64,000 nt of DNA from Anaeromyxobacteraceae bacterium (GCA_047602405.1 JASGHJ010000002.1:3296001-3360000), one strand, 5' to 3'. Shown: positions 1 to 13,586, numbered from the stretch's first letter. The notes: generated by a model not told the origin, from the letters alone. Program-made: numbers and translations.

Positions 1-222
1 CGGCTCTCGCCCCTCGAGGCCGCGCCGCCGCCGGTGGGGCCCGCCGCGCGGGCCGCCGTGCTGCAGGCGCTCCGCGCCGAGATCGCCGGGCGAGAGCTCG
101 CCCGCGCCCGGGAGACGCTCGCGCTGCCGACCTACGTCCTGCCCCTCCTCGGCCTGTCGACCTGGGGGCCCGAGGCGGTGGACCGCGTCGCCGGGGAGCT
201 CGGGAAGGGGGCCGCGCCGTGA
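1..222 (+). CDS. 3' end of an upstream gene, probably the first of an ArsA-like ATPase pair (partial)
   Basis: Open frame from the window edge to a TGA overlapping the next start (GTGA). ArsA-like genes often occur as tandem pairs. Confidence 0.55.
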   Translation, partial: RLSPLEAAPPPVGPAARAAVLQALRAEIAGRELARARETLALPTYVLPLLGLSTWGPEAVDRVAGELGKGAAP

Positions 223-1358
223 GCCGGCGCCCTGAGCTCCGCGCCGCGCTCGACCGGCGGCGCATCGTCGTCTGCGTCGGCGCGGGCGGGGTGGGCAAGA
301 CCACCGTCGCGGCCTCGGTCGCGGTGGAGCGCGCGCTCGAGGGCGGCAAGGCCCTCGTCTGCACCATCGACCCGGCCCGCCGGCTCGCGAACGCGCTCGG
401 CCTGGGTGCGCTCGGCAACGCCGAGACCCGGGTGCCCGCCGAGGCATTCCGGGCGGCGGGCCTCGAGCCGAAGGGCCAGCTCTTCGCGATGATGCTCGAC
501 GTGAAGCGGACGTGGGACGAGCTCGTCGCGCGCCACGCGCCCGATCCGGCCCGCCGCGACCGGATCCTCCAGAACCGGCTGTACCAGCAGATGTCGTCGG
601 CCCTCGCCGGCTCGCAGGAGTACATGGCGATGGAGAAGCTCTACGAGCTCGCCACCGACCGCGACTACGACCTCATCGTCCTCGACACGCCGCCCACCGC
701 GCACGCACTCGACTTCCTCGACGCGCCGGACCGGATCCTCGACTTCGTCGGCAACGACGCCGCCCGGCGCGTGCTCGGGCCCGCGCTCGGCGCGGGGCGC
801 CTGGGCCTGAGGCTCGCGCAGCTCGGCGGCGGCTACATGGCGAAGGTGCTCGCGCGCTTCACCGGCGCGCACGTGCTCGAGGACCTCGGCGAGTTCCTGC
901 AGAACTTCCAGGGCATGTACGAGGGCTTCAAGGGCCGGGCCGCCGCGGTGCGGGCGCTGCTCTCCCGGCCCGAGGTGGGCTTCCTGCTCGTCGCCTCGCC
1001 GAGCCACGCCTCCATCGACGAGGCGATCGCCTTCCACGAACGGCTCAGCGAGGAGGCGATGCCCGTGGCGGGGCTCGTGGCGAACCGCGTGACGCCGGAC
1101 CTGTGGGAGGGGCGGGCCCCCCTGCCCTCCGCGGCCGACCTCGAGGGGTCGCTCCGGGCCGCGGGCGCCGGCGACGGGGCGCTCGCCCGCCGGCTCGCGG
1201 AGACCCTCGCCGACCACCAAGCCCTGGCGGTCGCCGAGCGGGCGGCCCTCGAGCGGCTCTTCGCGTCGATGCCGGAGTCCCCGCGGGTGGTCCTCCCGCG
1301 CCTGGAGACCGACGTTCACGACCTGGCGGGGCTCGCCAGGCTGGCGGAGCGGCTCTGA
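219..1358 (+). CDS. ArsA/Get3-family ATPase
   Basis: GAGGVGKTT P-loop, IDPARRLANALG and IVLDTPP motifs. Confidence 0.9.
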   Translation: MSRRPELRAALDRRRIVVCVGAGGVGKTTVAASVAVERALEGGKALVCTIDPARRLANALGLGALGNAETRVPAEAFRAAGLEPKGQLFAMMLDVKRTWDELVARHAPDPARRDRILQNRLYQQMSSALAGSQEYMAMEKLYELATDRDYDLIVLDTPPTAHALDFLDAPDRILDFVGNDAARRVLGPALGAGRLGLRLAQLGGGYMAKVLARFTGAHVLEDLGEFLQNFQGMYEGFKGRAAAVRALLSRPEVGFLLVASPSHASIDEAIAFHERLSEEAMPVAGLVANRVTPDLWEGRAPLPSAADLEGSLRAAGAGDGALARRLAETLADHQALAVAERAALERLFASMPESPRVVLPRLETDVHDLAGLARLAERL

Positions 1359-1371
1359 TACTATCGACACG

Positions 1372-1782
1372 GTGAAGCTCCCCCCGTTCGAGGTCAGGAC
1401 CCCCGCCCCCACCGCGCTCGTCGAGATCACCGACGAGGTGCGCGCGGCCGTGCGGGCCTCGGGTGTGCGCGCGGGGCTCGCGGTGGTGTTCGTGCCGCAC
1501 ACGACCGCCGGCGTCACGATCCAGGAGAACGCCGACCCGGACGTGAAGCACGACCTCCTCCTCGCGCTCGAGAACGCCGTCCCCCGTGCGGCGGCCCGCG
1601 GCCGCTACCGGCACGGCGAGGGGAACAGCGACGCCCACGTGAAGGCCTCGCTGGTCGGCAGCTCGGTCAGCCTGCTCGTCCGCGACGGCGACCTCGCCCT
1701 CGGCACCTGGCAGGGCATCCAGCTCTGCGAGTTCGACGGCCCCCGCACCCGCTCCGTCTGGCTGGAGGTCATCCCCGGATGA
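1372..1782 (+). CDS. yjbQ: YjbQ/UPF0047 family protein
   Basis: PHTTAG..ENADPDV, H.EGNSDAHVKASL and LGTWQGI..CEFDGPR.R motifs. Confidence 0.92.
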   Translation: MKLPPFEVRTPAPTALVEITDEVRAAVRASGVRAGLAVVFVPHTTAGVTIQENADPDVKHDLLLALENAVPRAAARGRYRHGEGNSDAHVKASLVGSSVSLLVRDGDLALGTWQGIQLCEFDGPRTRSVWLEVIPG

Positions 1783-2894
1783 ACCGCGTCCCCCTCACGT
1801 TCCTCGCCGCGGCCGGGATCACCGCGACCGTGCTCGCCGCGGGCTGCGCCACCGCCCGCCCCGCCACCGCGCCCGGCGCGCCGCCGCCCGAGCGGGTCAC
1901 CTTCGCGCCCGAGGAGGTCGTCGCGACGCCGCTCGACGTCGAGCTCGCCGGGAAGAACGACGAGGAGCTCTTCGCGATCGGCACGGCCGCCTACGCCGCG
2001 AAGGACTACCCGCGCGCGGCCGCGGCGTTCTCGCGGGTGGTCGACCTCCACCCTGCCTCGAAGCACGTGCCCGCGGCGCTGTACGACGCGGGGCTCGCGT
2101 ACCAGCGCACCGAGCAGTGGTCGCTCGCGCTCGAGCGCTTCCAGGCGCTCGAGAAGGGCTGGACCGGGCCGGACGCCGTCGAGGCCTCGTTCCGGACCGC
2201 CGAGTGCCTCTACCACCTCGATCGGCTCGAGGACGCCCGCGCGAAGCTCGACCGGCTGGCCGCGCGCACCGAGCTCCCCGCGAACGAGATGGTCCGGGCG
2301 CTCGTGCAGCGCGGGGTGGTCGAGCTCGAGCTCCAGCGCGGCCCCGAGGCGGAGTCGTCGCTCAAGCGGGCGCTCGGCGTCTTCGAGACCGCGCACGACC
2401 GCGCCCGGGTCGACGAGTACTTCGCGGCCCAGGCCGAGTACTACCTCGGCGAGGTCTACCGGACCTGGTTCCTCGCGCTGCCGCTCGATCCCTCGAAGGC
2501 GGAGGGCGACGCGCTCGAGGGGCAGCTCCGCGCCAAGGCCGAGATGCTCGTCGCCGCGCGCACGCACTACCTGAAGGCGGTCCGCTACCACGACGAGGCC
2601 TGGGCGGTGTCGTCCGGCATCCGGGTGGGCGAGCTCTACGACGCGCTCCGCTCGCAGCTCCTCGACGCGCCGGTGCCGGCGGGCCTGACCGAGGAGCAGG
2701 TCTCCGCGTACCGCGCCGAGCTCCGGAAGGATCCCCGCCTGCGCGTGCTCCTCACGAAGGCGGTGACCGAGTACCGCGACAGCCTCTCCTACGCCGCCGC
2801 GAGCGGCGTCGAGGTCCGGTACCTCGAGCAGGCCCGGGAGGCGCTGCAGCGCCTCGAGACCGCGCTCGCCGAGGGGGCGCGGGAGGGGACGTAG
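1779..2894 (+). CDS. TPR-repeat lipoprotein
   Basis: Lipobox LAAGC and helical TPR-like repeats; ATGA overlap with yjbQ. Confidence 0.8.
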   Translation: MNRVPLTFLAAAGITATVLAAGCATARPATAPGAPPPERVTFAPEEVVATPLDVELAGKNDEELFAIGTAAYAAKDYPRAAAAFSRVVDLHPASKHVPAALYDAGLAYQRTEQWSLALERFQALEKGWTGPDAVEASFRTAECLYHLDRLEDARAKLDRLAARTELPANEMVRALVQRGVVELELQRGPEAESSLKRALGVFETAHDRARVDEYFAAQAEYYLGEVYRTWFLALPLDPSKAEGDALEGQLRAKAEMLVAARTHYLKAVRYHDEAWAVSSGIRVGELYDALRSQLLDAPVPAGLTEEQVSAYRAELRKDPRLRVLLTKAVTEYRDSLSYAAASGVEVRYLEQAREALQRLETALAEGAREGT

Positions 2895-3018
2895 GCGGGC
2901 CGCACCGCGACGCGCCAGGCCACCGCCGGCCCAGGGCCCGGCCAGGCAGGCGCGAGTCCACGCGCGCGCCCATCTTCGGATCCTCGAACCCGTTCCGGGA
3001 ACCCCCGGGGAGGAACCC

Positions 3019-3537
3019 ATGCAACTTCGACGCATGCTCTGGATGTCCGGCGCGGTGGTGGCACTCCTGGCCGGCCCCGCCTGTCAGCGGAGCGATCAGG
3101 ACCGCGCGCGCGCCGAGCGCAAGGACGTGGCCGACGCGCAGAAGGACGTGAACGAGAAGCGCAAGGACCTCGCGGAGGAGCGCCGCGATCACCAGGCGGA
3201 CACCGCCAAGGCGACGCGTGACGAGCGCGAGGACCTCGCGAAGGCGCAGGCGAAGGAGCGCAAGGAGGAGACCGAGGCCGAGCACGCGGACCGCGCCGCG
3301 ACGGCGGGGTCGACCTCCGTGACGGGGCGGATCGTGCGCTCGAGCGGCGACGAGCTCGTGCTGCGCCCGGCGGGCGAGACCCGCGACGTCCACCTCAAGG
3401 TCGACTCCGGCACCTCCGTGACCGTGGACGGCAAGCGGTCCTCGACCCGCGACCTCCGCGAGGGCACCGAGGTGCGCGCCGCCTTCAGCGAGAAGGACGG
3501 CGACCGGCACGCGACGCGGATCGAGGTCACGAAGTAG
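3019..3537 (+). CDS. Hypothetical lipoprotein (charged coiled region plus small beta domain)
   Basis: GGAGG RBS, signal peptide ending in Cys, typical codon usage. Confidence 0.75.
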   Translation: MQLRRMLWMSGAVVALLAGPACQRSDQDRARAERKDVADAQKDVNEKRKDLAEERRDHQADTAKATRDEREDLAKAQAKERKEETEAEHADRAATAGSTSVTGRIVRSSGDELVLRPAGETRDVHLKVDSGTSVTVDGKRSSTRDLREGTEVRAAFSEKDGDRHATRIEVTK

Positions 3538-3636
3538 CCGGGCGCCCTCCGCGCGACGACCGGGCCACCGGCCCGGGGGGAGCCCCGGCCTCGCGGCCGG
3601 GGCTTCCGCGGCGCGGAGCGGCGCAGGCGCCGCGGG

Positions 3637-4896
3637 TCAGGCGCCCGGTGCGGCCTCGTCCCGCTCGGCGGGCGCGCGCTCCCGGCGTGCGAGCAGGAGG
3701 AACGGCACGGCGAGGAGCTCGAGCGCGGCCGTCGCGGCGTAGGCGGCCGGGTAGCCCCAGGCGTCCGCGGCGCGGCCGAGCGCGGGCTGGGACACCGCGG
3801 CGCCGCCGGAGGCCAGCAGGTTGTCGAGGGAGAGCACCGTCGCGCGCTGGGCCGAGGGGATGAGCGCGTTGAGGTAGGCCTGGCGGACCGGGTACGCGGC
3901 CGCCCAGGTGACGGCCCACGCGCCGAGGAGCACCAGGACCGCGACGAAGCTCGTGGCGAGCCACATCCCCGCGAGGAGCGCCGCGCTCGCGACGGTCGAG
4001 GCGAGGAGCACGTCGGTCCGCCGCGGGAACACCCGGAGCAGCGCCGGCGCGAGCGCGGGGCCGGCGATCTGGCCGACCGCGACGAGCCCCGCGGCGAGCC
4101 CCGCGACCGCGAACGAGCGCGGCTCGCCCCGGAGGGCGAGCAGGTAGGGCTGGGCGGCGTAGAAGCCGAAGATGGGTACGCCGCCCGCGACCATGCCGGC
4201 GAGCATCACCCACCGGATCGGAGGCCGCCGGAGCCCCTGCGCGGCGGACGCACGGAGGACGACCCCGATCGCACCGCGCACCGTGCCGGGCGCGGGCGTG
4301 AAGCCGAGGTCGCGCATGGACCGGTGGGCGACGGCGAAGGTGACCACCAGCAGGGCGGCGCGCAGCGCGTACGGCACGCCGACGCTGGTGGCCTGCGCGA
4401 TCACGCCGCCGAGGACCGACCCCGCGAGCATGCCCGCCCCCTGGGCCACCTGGCCGCGGGCGAACGCCGCGTCGAGGCGGCCCGGGTAGCCGGTCGCGCG
4501 CAGCGCGTCCACGAGCCAGGCCTCGGTCGCCCCCGAGAAGAACGTGAACCCGAGCCCGAGCAGGATCGACGACGCCGCCCACGCCCAGAGCGGCGCGCGC
4601 ACCCACCAGGCCATGAGGTAGAGGAGCGTCGAGACGAGGAGCGTGGCCGCGCCGAGCAGGTAGGACCGCCGCCGCCCCGAGGTGTCCGCCACCACGCCGG
4701 TGGGGACCTCGAAGAGCATCTGCCCCAGGGTGAAGAAGGCGTTCGCCGCGAACGCCTCCCCGACGGAGAGGCCGGCGTCGAGCAGGAAGAGCGTGTTGAT
4801 GCCCCAGATCAGCGACGAGGCCACCGTGGAGAGCGCCGTCAGGATCACGTAGGTCCTGAGGACCTCCCGGTGCGAGGGGACGGTCGGGCTCGGCAC
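3637..4896 (-). CDS. MFS transporter
   Basis: About 12 hydrophobic segments; FEVPTGVVADTSGRR MFS motif. Confidence 0.9.
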   Translation of the reverse strand: MPSPTVPSHREVLRTYVILTALSTVASSLIWGINTLFLLDAGLSVGEAFAANAFFTLGQMLFEVPTGVVADTSGRRRSYLLGAATLLVSTLLYLMAWWVRAPLWAWAASSILLGLGFTFFSGATEAWLVDALRATGYPGRLDAAFARGQVAQGAGMLAGSVLGGVIAQATSVGVPYALRAALLVVTFAVAHRSMRDLGFTPAPGTVRGAIGVVLRASAAQGLRRPPIRWVMLAGMVAGGVPIFGFYAAQPYLLALRGEPRSFAVAGLAAGLVAVGQIAGPALAPALLRVFPRRTDVLLASTVASAALLAGMWLATSFVAVLVLLGAWAVTWAAAYPVRQAYLNALIPSAQRATVLSLDNLLASGGAAVSQPALGRAADAWGYPAAYAATAALELLAVPFLLLARRERAPAERDEAAPGA

Positions 4897-4902
4897 GGCC
4901 GC

Positions 4903-5274
4903 TCAGCGCGGAGGGATCGGCCGCACCCGCGCGCGCCCGTAGGCGACGAAGGTCGCGAGCGCGAGGAGCACGGCCGTGGTCGCCGCGGAGCTCCACTCGT
5001 GGCGCGACAGGTGGAAGACCGACGCGCTCGCCGTGACGATCATCACCCCGGCGGCGGCCGCAGGGACGAGCCGGGGCTGGATGCGGATCAGGCCGGGCAG
5101 GACGAGCCCCGCGGCCGCCGCGAGCTCCGCGACGCCCATGAAGACCTGGAACCAGCGCGGCAGGTTCGCGTCCATCTGGACCGCGACGTCCGGCGGCGGC
5201 GCCAGGAAGAGCCACCCGTGGGCCAGGAACGCCAGCGCCAGCAGGACCTGCAGGATCCACAGCGACACGTTCAC
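4903..5274 (-). CDS. DoxX family membrane protein
   Basis: GTG start after GAGAGGAAG; LWILQVLLALAF...GVAELAAAAGLVLP. Confidence 0.85.
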   Translation of the reverse strand: MNVSLWILQVLLALAFLAHGWLFLAPPPDVAVQMDANLPRWFQVFMGVAELAAAAGLVLPGLIRIQPRLVPAAAAGVMIVTASASVFHLSRHEWSSAATTAVLLALATFVAYGRARVRPIPPR

Positions 5275-5439
5275 GCGGACCTTCCTCTCGGGTTCGAGCC
5301 CGACCGCATTGTGTCGGGCGGGCCCGCGTCGCGCACCGGTCTGGCGGGGCTCGGGGACCGGCGCACCGGGCGCGCCCGCGCCCCTTGAGCGCCCGGCGCC
5401 GCCCGCGTACAAACCTCGGGGACCCTCACCGGAGGTCGC

Positions 5440-5997
5440 ATGACGTTCCTCGCCGCGTCCTGGCTCGCCATCCTCGTGTCCACGGTGCTCGTGTTCGTGA
5501 CCTCCGCGGTCTCGAACATGCTGCTGCCCCACCACAAGAACCCGTGGTCGCGGGCGCCGGACGAGCGCGCGCTGCAGGCGGCCCTGCGCGACGCCCCGGC
5601 GGGCCTCTACGCGTTCCCGGAGCCCACCGACCCGGCCCAGCGGCGCTCGCCCGAGTTCCTCGCCCGCTGGGCGGCGGGGCCGTCGGGCTTCATCACCGTG
5701 GTGCCGCGCGGACCCTTCTCGTTCGGCCGCAACCTCGGCCTCTCGTTCCTGCTCGAGCTCGTGATCTCGTTCTTCACGGCCTACGTGGTCTTCCGGGCCT
5801 TCGGCGCGGCCGCGCCGGGCTACCACGCCGTGTTCCGGCTGACCTTCACCATCGGCTTCATGACCTACGCCCTCGCCCCGGCGTTCGACAGCATCTGGTA
5901 CGGCAAGCCCTGGCGGTCGTGGGTGAACGTCGCGATCGACGGCGTGCTGTACGCCCTCGTCATGGCGGGCACGTTCGGCTGGCTCTGGCCGCGCTGA
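5440..5997 (+). CDS. Hypothetical membrane protein
   Basis: GGAGG RBS and about four TM segments. Confidence 0.8.
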   Translation: MTFLAASWLAILVSTVLVFVTSAVSNMLLPHHKNPWSRAPDERALQAALRDAPAGLYAFPEPTDPAQRRSPEFLARWAAGPSGFITVVPRGPFSFGRNLGLSFLLELVISFFTAYVVFRAFGAAAPGYHAVFRLTFTIGFMTYALAPAFDSIWYGKPWRSWVNVAIDGVLYALVMAGTFGWLWPR

Positions 5998-6095
5998 GCT
6001 CGCGCGGCGCCATGTAACCGGGGGCCGTCCCGGACACTCCAATCCAGCAGCGATCGCCGGGCTCCGCCGGCGACGCGCCCGGATCGGAGTGTTCG

Positions 6096-7286
6096 ATGAC
6101 CACGAAGCCCACGCTTGCCCTCCTGGCCCTCGCGGTGGCCGGGGCGGCCGCATGCGGGAACGACCGCAAGGACGACCGCGCCCAGCTCGAGCAGGGCAAG
6201 CAGACCTTCCGCTTCGACACCTTCGGGGACGAGTCGAAGTGGACCGACGCCCTGCACCTCGAGCAGCCGCTCGCCACCGTGGCCCCGGCGACGGCGCTCT
6301 CGGTGGGGCTCAAGGTCGACGCGGACGCCCTCCCGCCCGCGGTGGTCCAGGGCATCCAGGACGGGTCCATCAGCCTGACCGACCCCGCGACCACCCTCTC
6401 CCTCCTGGAGCTCGACGCGGTGGTGGGCGTGAAGGGCAAGGTCGAGACCGTCGGCGGCGCGAAGCAGCTGACCCGCGTCGGCGTCACCTGCGCGCTGTGC
6501 CACTCGACCGTGGACGACTCGTTCGCGCCCGGCGTCGGCAAGCGCCTCGACGGCTGGCCCAACCGCGACCTCGACGTGGGCGCGATCGTCTCGCTCTCTC
6601 CCGCCCTCGACGGGCCCACGAAGGCGGTGTTCGGGTCCTGGGGCCCGGGGAGGTACGACCCGCGCTTCAACCTGGACGGCAAGAACGGCCCGCAGGTCAT
6701 CCCGCCCGCGTACGGCCTCGACGGCGTCTCGCGCATCACCTCCACCGGCGACGGCGACGAGATCGCGTACTGGAACCGCTACGTCGCCGTGACGCAGATG
6801 GGCGGGCACGGCTCCTTCTCCGACGCGCGCACCGGCGTGAGCGTCACGAACGGCGGCGACGACCTCGTGAGCGCGAAGCTGCCCGCGCTGCAGGCGTACC
6901 AGCTCTCGCTCCCGGCGCCGCCGCCGCCCCCCGGCTCGTTCGACGCCGCCGCCGCGACGCGCGGCCGGGCCGTGTTCGAGGGCAAGGGCACCTGCGCGAC
7001 GTGCCACTCGGGCCCGCAGCTCACCGACGCGAACGTCCGCCTGCACCCGGTCTCCGACGCGATGGGCGAGCCCGAGCCGGCCGGCGTGCCGAGCTACGCC
7101 TCGCGCAGCGCGACGAAGCAGTACCGGACCCCGCCGCTGCGCGGCGTCTGGCAGCACCCGCCGTACTTCCACAACGGCACGGCCGCGACGCTCGAGGACG
7201 TGGTGGACGTCTACGACGCCCGGCGCGCGCTGGGGCTCACCGCGGCGGAGAAGGCGGACCTCGTGCAGTACCTGAGGTCGCTGTGA
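6096..7286 (+). CDS. Di-heme c-type cytochrome lipoprotein (CcP/MauG-like C-terminus)
   Basis: Lipobox, two CxxCH motifs (CALCH, CATCH) and TPPLRGVW..PPYFHNG. Confidence 0.85.
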   Translation: MTTKPTLALLALAVAGAAACGNDRKDDRAQLEQGKQTFRFDTFGDESKWTDALHLEQPLATVAPATALSVGLKVDADALPPAVVQGIQDGSISLTDPATTLSLLELDAVVGVKGKVETVGGAKQLTRVGVTCALCHSTVDDSFAPGVGKRLDGWPNRDLDVGAIVSLSPALDGPTKAVFGSWGPGRYDPRFNLDGKNGPQVIPPAYGLDGVSRITSTGDGDEIAYWNRYVAVTQMGGHGSFSDARTGVSVTNGGDDLVSAKLPALQAYQLSLPAPPPPPGSFDAAAATRGRAVFEGKGTCATCHSGPQLTDANVRLHPVSDAMGEPEPAGVPSYASRSATKQYRTPPLRGVWQHPPYFHNGTAATLEDVVDVYDARRALGLTAAEKADLVQYLRSL

Positions 7287-7289
7287 GGA

Positions 7290-7326
7290 GCGGGGGCGCG
7301 CGGGCCGAGGAGGGCCCCGCGCCCCG

Positions 7327-7327
<1 letters not shown>
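7290..7327. terminator. GC hairpin between convergent genes
   Basis: gcggggg-cgcg-cgggcc / ggccc-cgcg-ccccgc imperfect inverted repeat, without a U-tract. Confidence 0.4.
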
Positions 7328-10684
<3,357 letters not shown>

Positions 10685-10772
10685 GGCCCCCGCCGGGCCG
10701 TGCGCGCCGACCCGGGCCTGGACAGGTAGGAGCGGTCAGCCCGCCGCTCCCACCTGCTCCCCGGAGGTCTCC

Positions 10773-11405
10773 GTGCTCCGCAAGATCCTGCTCGCCGCCG
10801 TGGCGGTCGTCGTCCTGTTCCTCGGCTTCGTCGCGACCCGGCCCTCGACCTACGCCGTCGAGCGCCAGATCACCGTCGCGGCCCCGCCCGCGGTCGTCTA
10901 CGCCGAACTCGCCGACTTCCACCGCTGGGAGTCCTGGTCGCCGTGGGCGAAGCTCGACCCGAACGTGAAGAACGTCTACGCGGGCGAGCCCGGCGCGGTC
11001 GGCTCGAAGCAGGAGTGGTCGGGCAACAAGGACGTCGGCAAGGGGCGCATGACGGTGAAGGACGCCCGCCCCGGCGAGCGGCTCGGCCTCGACCTCGAGT
11101 TCATCGAGCCGTTCGCGTCCCGCGCCGACACCGACTTCGTGCTCTCGCCGGAGGGCGGCGGCACGCGCGTCTCCTGGAAGATGGCCGGCAACCTCGGCTT
11201 CATGGAGAAGGCCTTCGGCGTCTTCATGAACATGGACGCCATGATCGGGAAGGACTTCGAGAAGGGGCTCGCCCAGCTCAAGGCGGTGGCGGAGCAGGAG
11301 GCGGCGCGTCCGGCTCCGGCTGCCTCTCCGGAGACGGCTGCATCTCCTGGGACGGCGGCATCTCCTGGGACGACGGCGGGGACGCCTCCGGCGGCCCCGC
11401 GATAG
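10773..11405 (+). CDS. SRPBCC/polyketide-cyclase family protein
   Basis: N-terminal TM anchor; W..WSPW and MDAMIGKDFEKGL..LK motifs. Confidence 0.88.
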   Translation: MLRKILLAAVAVVVLFLGFVATRPSTYAVERQITVAAPPAVVYAELADFHRWESWSPWAKLDPNVKNVYAGEPGAVGSKQEWSGNKDVGKGRMTVKDARPGERLGLDLEFIEPFASRADTDFVLSPEGGGTRVSWKMAGNLGFMEKAFGVFMNMDAMIGKDFEKGLAQLKAVAEQEAARPAPAASPETAASPGTAASPGTTAGTPPAAPR

Positions 11406-12351
11406 CGGCCTCGTCGAGGCGCACGAGGCCCGTCGCGCCGACGATCGCGACCGAGCGGAAGAAGAGCCCGAGCACCGGGATTGCGCAGAGCGCGCCGACG
11501 GCGAGGCCGAAGCCGAGGGTCTCCACCCGGCGCCGCTCGGTCTCGTGGACCTCCTCGTGCCAGGGGACGGTGAGGCGCGCGAGGAACCGCCCCATCCAGC
11601 CGATTGGCCGGAGCAGCCGGTGCTTCGCGCCGCCCCAGGCGAGGAGCCGCGCGTACCACGGCACCGGCCCGCCCTGGCGCGGCCCGGGGATGACCTCGAT
11701 CGGCAGCTCGAACGCGTCGATGACGACCCAGTAGAACGCCCAGGCGGCCGCGAGCGCCGCCGCCTCGTGCTTGCCGAAGGGCAGCGCGCGGACGACGCCG
11801 AGGAGCGGGGCGAGGCCGATCGAGACGACCACCGCCTGCCGCACCGCCTTCACGAGCTCGTGCGCGACCACCCGCACGTGGCCGACGCCCGCGAACGCCT
11901 CCTCGCCCGGGCTCATCCCGAGCACGCGCCGCGCCTCGAGCGCGACCTTGACCCACATCCGCTGCAGCAGGGTCGGCGGCATCGAGGAGAGCGCGACGAA
12001 CGTCGTGAGGTAGGCCTGGAAGGTCGGCAGCGGGTTCCGGTCGCCGTCGGTGGCCTCGCCCGTCGCGAACGCGGCGAGGACGCCGCAGCCCACGATGGTG
12101 AGGAGCGAGGGCACGAGCGCGGCGCGCCGGAGCGCCGGGTCGGTCGCGACGAGCCGCGCGCCGCGCAGGACCTGGGCCACGCCGAACAGCGCGCGCCCGA
12201 GGACGTCCGGGCGGGGCACGGCGTCGCCGTTCGCGGCGTACCACCCCACCGCGGGCGCGAGGTCGCGCCAGCTCGCGACCGCCGGGCCGACGGGCGCGGT
12301 CGCGAGGACGGCCGGAGCCCCCTCGCCGGCGCCGGGCGCGAGCGCGCTCAC
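11278..12351 (-). CDS. EI24/CysZ-like membrane protein
   Basis: Several TM segments with IPVLGLFF..VAIVGAT; GTGA coupling to the deoB stop. Confidence 0.7.
   Translation of the reverse strand: MSALAPGAGEGAPAVLATAPVGPAVASWRDLAPAVGWYAANGDAVPRPDVLGRALFGVAQVLRGARLVATDPALRRAALVPSLLTIVGCGVLAAFATGEATDGDRNPLPTFQAYLTTFVALSSMPPTLLQRMWVKVALEARRVLGMSPGEEAFAGVGHVRVVAHELVKAVRQAVVVSIGLAPLLGVVRALPFGKHEAAALAAAWAFYWVVIDAFELPIEVIPGPRQGGPVPWYARLLAWGGAKHRLLRPIGWMGRFLARLTVPWHEEVHETERRRVETLGFGLAVGALCAIPVLGLFFRSVAIVGATGLVRLDEAAIAGPPEASPPSSQEMPPSQEMQPSPERQPEPDAPPPAPPPP
11319..11378. repeat. 18-bp tandem repeat, about 3 copies
   Basis: gcctctccggagacggct / gcatctcctgggacggcg / gcatctcctgggacgacg. Confidence 0.8.
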
Positions 12352-13514
12352 CGGAGCGCCCCCAGGAAGCTCTCGCCGACGCCCGGGCGCAGCCCGAAGA
12401 ACTCGGCCACCGTCGCGCCGAGATCGGCGAACGAGCCCCGCGTGCCGAGCGCGCCGCCGCCGCGGCCCGGCGCGTGGACGACGAGCGGCACGTACTCCCG
12501 GGAGTGATCGGTGGAGGGTGTGGTGGGATCGCACCCGTGGTCGGCGGTGAGCGCGGCGACCTCGCCCGGCCGGAGCTTCGCGAGCAGGCCCGGCAGCGCC
12601 CGGTCGAGCTCCTCGAGCGCGCGCGCGTAGCCGGCGGGGTCGTTCCGGTGGCCGTAGAGCATGTCGAAGTCGACGAGGTTCACGAAGACGAGCCCGTGGT
12701 CCACCCGGTCGAGGAGCACCGCGGTCTTCGCGAGCCCGTCGGCGTTGCCCTCGGTGTGCACCTCGTCGGTGATGCCCTTGCGGTCGAAGACGTCCGGGAT
12801 CTTGCCCACGCCCACGACCGGCACGCCCGCGGCGACGAGCGCCTCGAGCACCGTGGGCGCCGGCGTCGCGAGGGAGAAGTCCTTGCGGTGGTAGGTGCGG
12901 ACGTACCTGCCCGGCGTGCCGACGAACGGCCGGGCGATGACCCGCGCGACGCGGTGGCGGTCGAGCTGGGCCCGGGCGACCTTGCACCAGCGGTAGAGCT
13001 CCTCGAGCGGCACCGTCTCCTCGTGCGCCGCGATCTGGAAGACCGAGTCGGCGGAGGTGTAGACGATGGGCTTCCCGGTGCGCTGGTGCTCCTCGCCGAG
13101 CTCCTGGATGATCGCGGTGCCGCTCGCCGCCCGGTTCGCGAGCACGCCCGGCACGCCGGTCGCGGCCACGAAGGGCTCGATGATCTCCGGCGGGAACCCG
13201 TCCGGGAACGTGGCGAGCCCCTCGCGCAGCACGACGCCCATCATCTCCCAGTGTCCGGTGATGGTGTCCTTGCCCTCCGAGCGCTCTGCCATCCTGCCGT
13301 GGAAGCCGGCGGGCGCGGGGTCGGCGGGCACGCCGAGGATCGAGGTCGTGTGCCCGAGCCCGAGCCGCCCGAGGTTGGGGAGCGCGAGCCCGCCCACCGC
13401 GCGGCTCGTGTTGCCGAGCGTGTCCGAGCCGGTGTCGCCGTACGCCGCCGCGTCCGGCAGCGCGCCGCAGCCGACCGAGTCCGCCACCAGGATGACGAAG
13501 CGCTTCCTCTCCAC
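12348..13514 (-). CDS. deoB: Phosphopentomutase
   Basis: DSVGCG.LPDA..YGD, GKDT.TGHWE, YTSADSVFQIAAHE and TADHGCDP motifs. Confidence 0.95.
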   Translation of the reverse strand: MERKRFVILVADSVGCGALPDAAAYGDTGSDTLGNTSRAVGGLALPNLGRLGLGHTTSILGVPADPAPAGFHGRMAERSEGKDTITGHWEMMGVVLREGLATFPDGFPPEIIEPFVAATGVPGVLANRAASGTAIIQELGEEHQRTGKPIVYTSADSVFQIAAHEETVPLEELYRWCKVARAQLDRHRVARVIARPFVGTPGRYVRTYHRKDFSLATPAPTVLEALVAAGVPVVGVGKIPDVFDRKGITDEVHTEGNADGLAKTAVLLDRVDHGLVFVNLVDFDMLYGHRNDPAGYARALEELDRALPGLLAKLRPGEVAALTADHGCDPTTPSTDHSREYVPLVVHAPGRGGGALGTRGSFADLGATVAEFFGLRPGVGESFLGALR

Positions 13515-13586
13515 GCCCGCATTCTAGCCGCGCCCCCTCGGGGAGGCACGGTTGACGATGGGGCGGACGACCGGTACGAGACCGGA

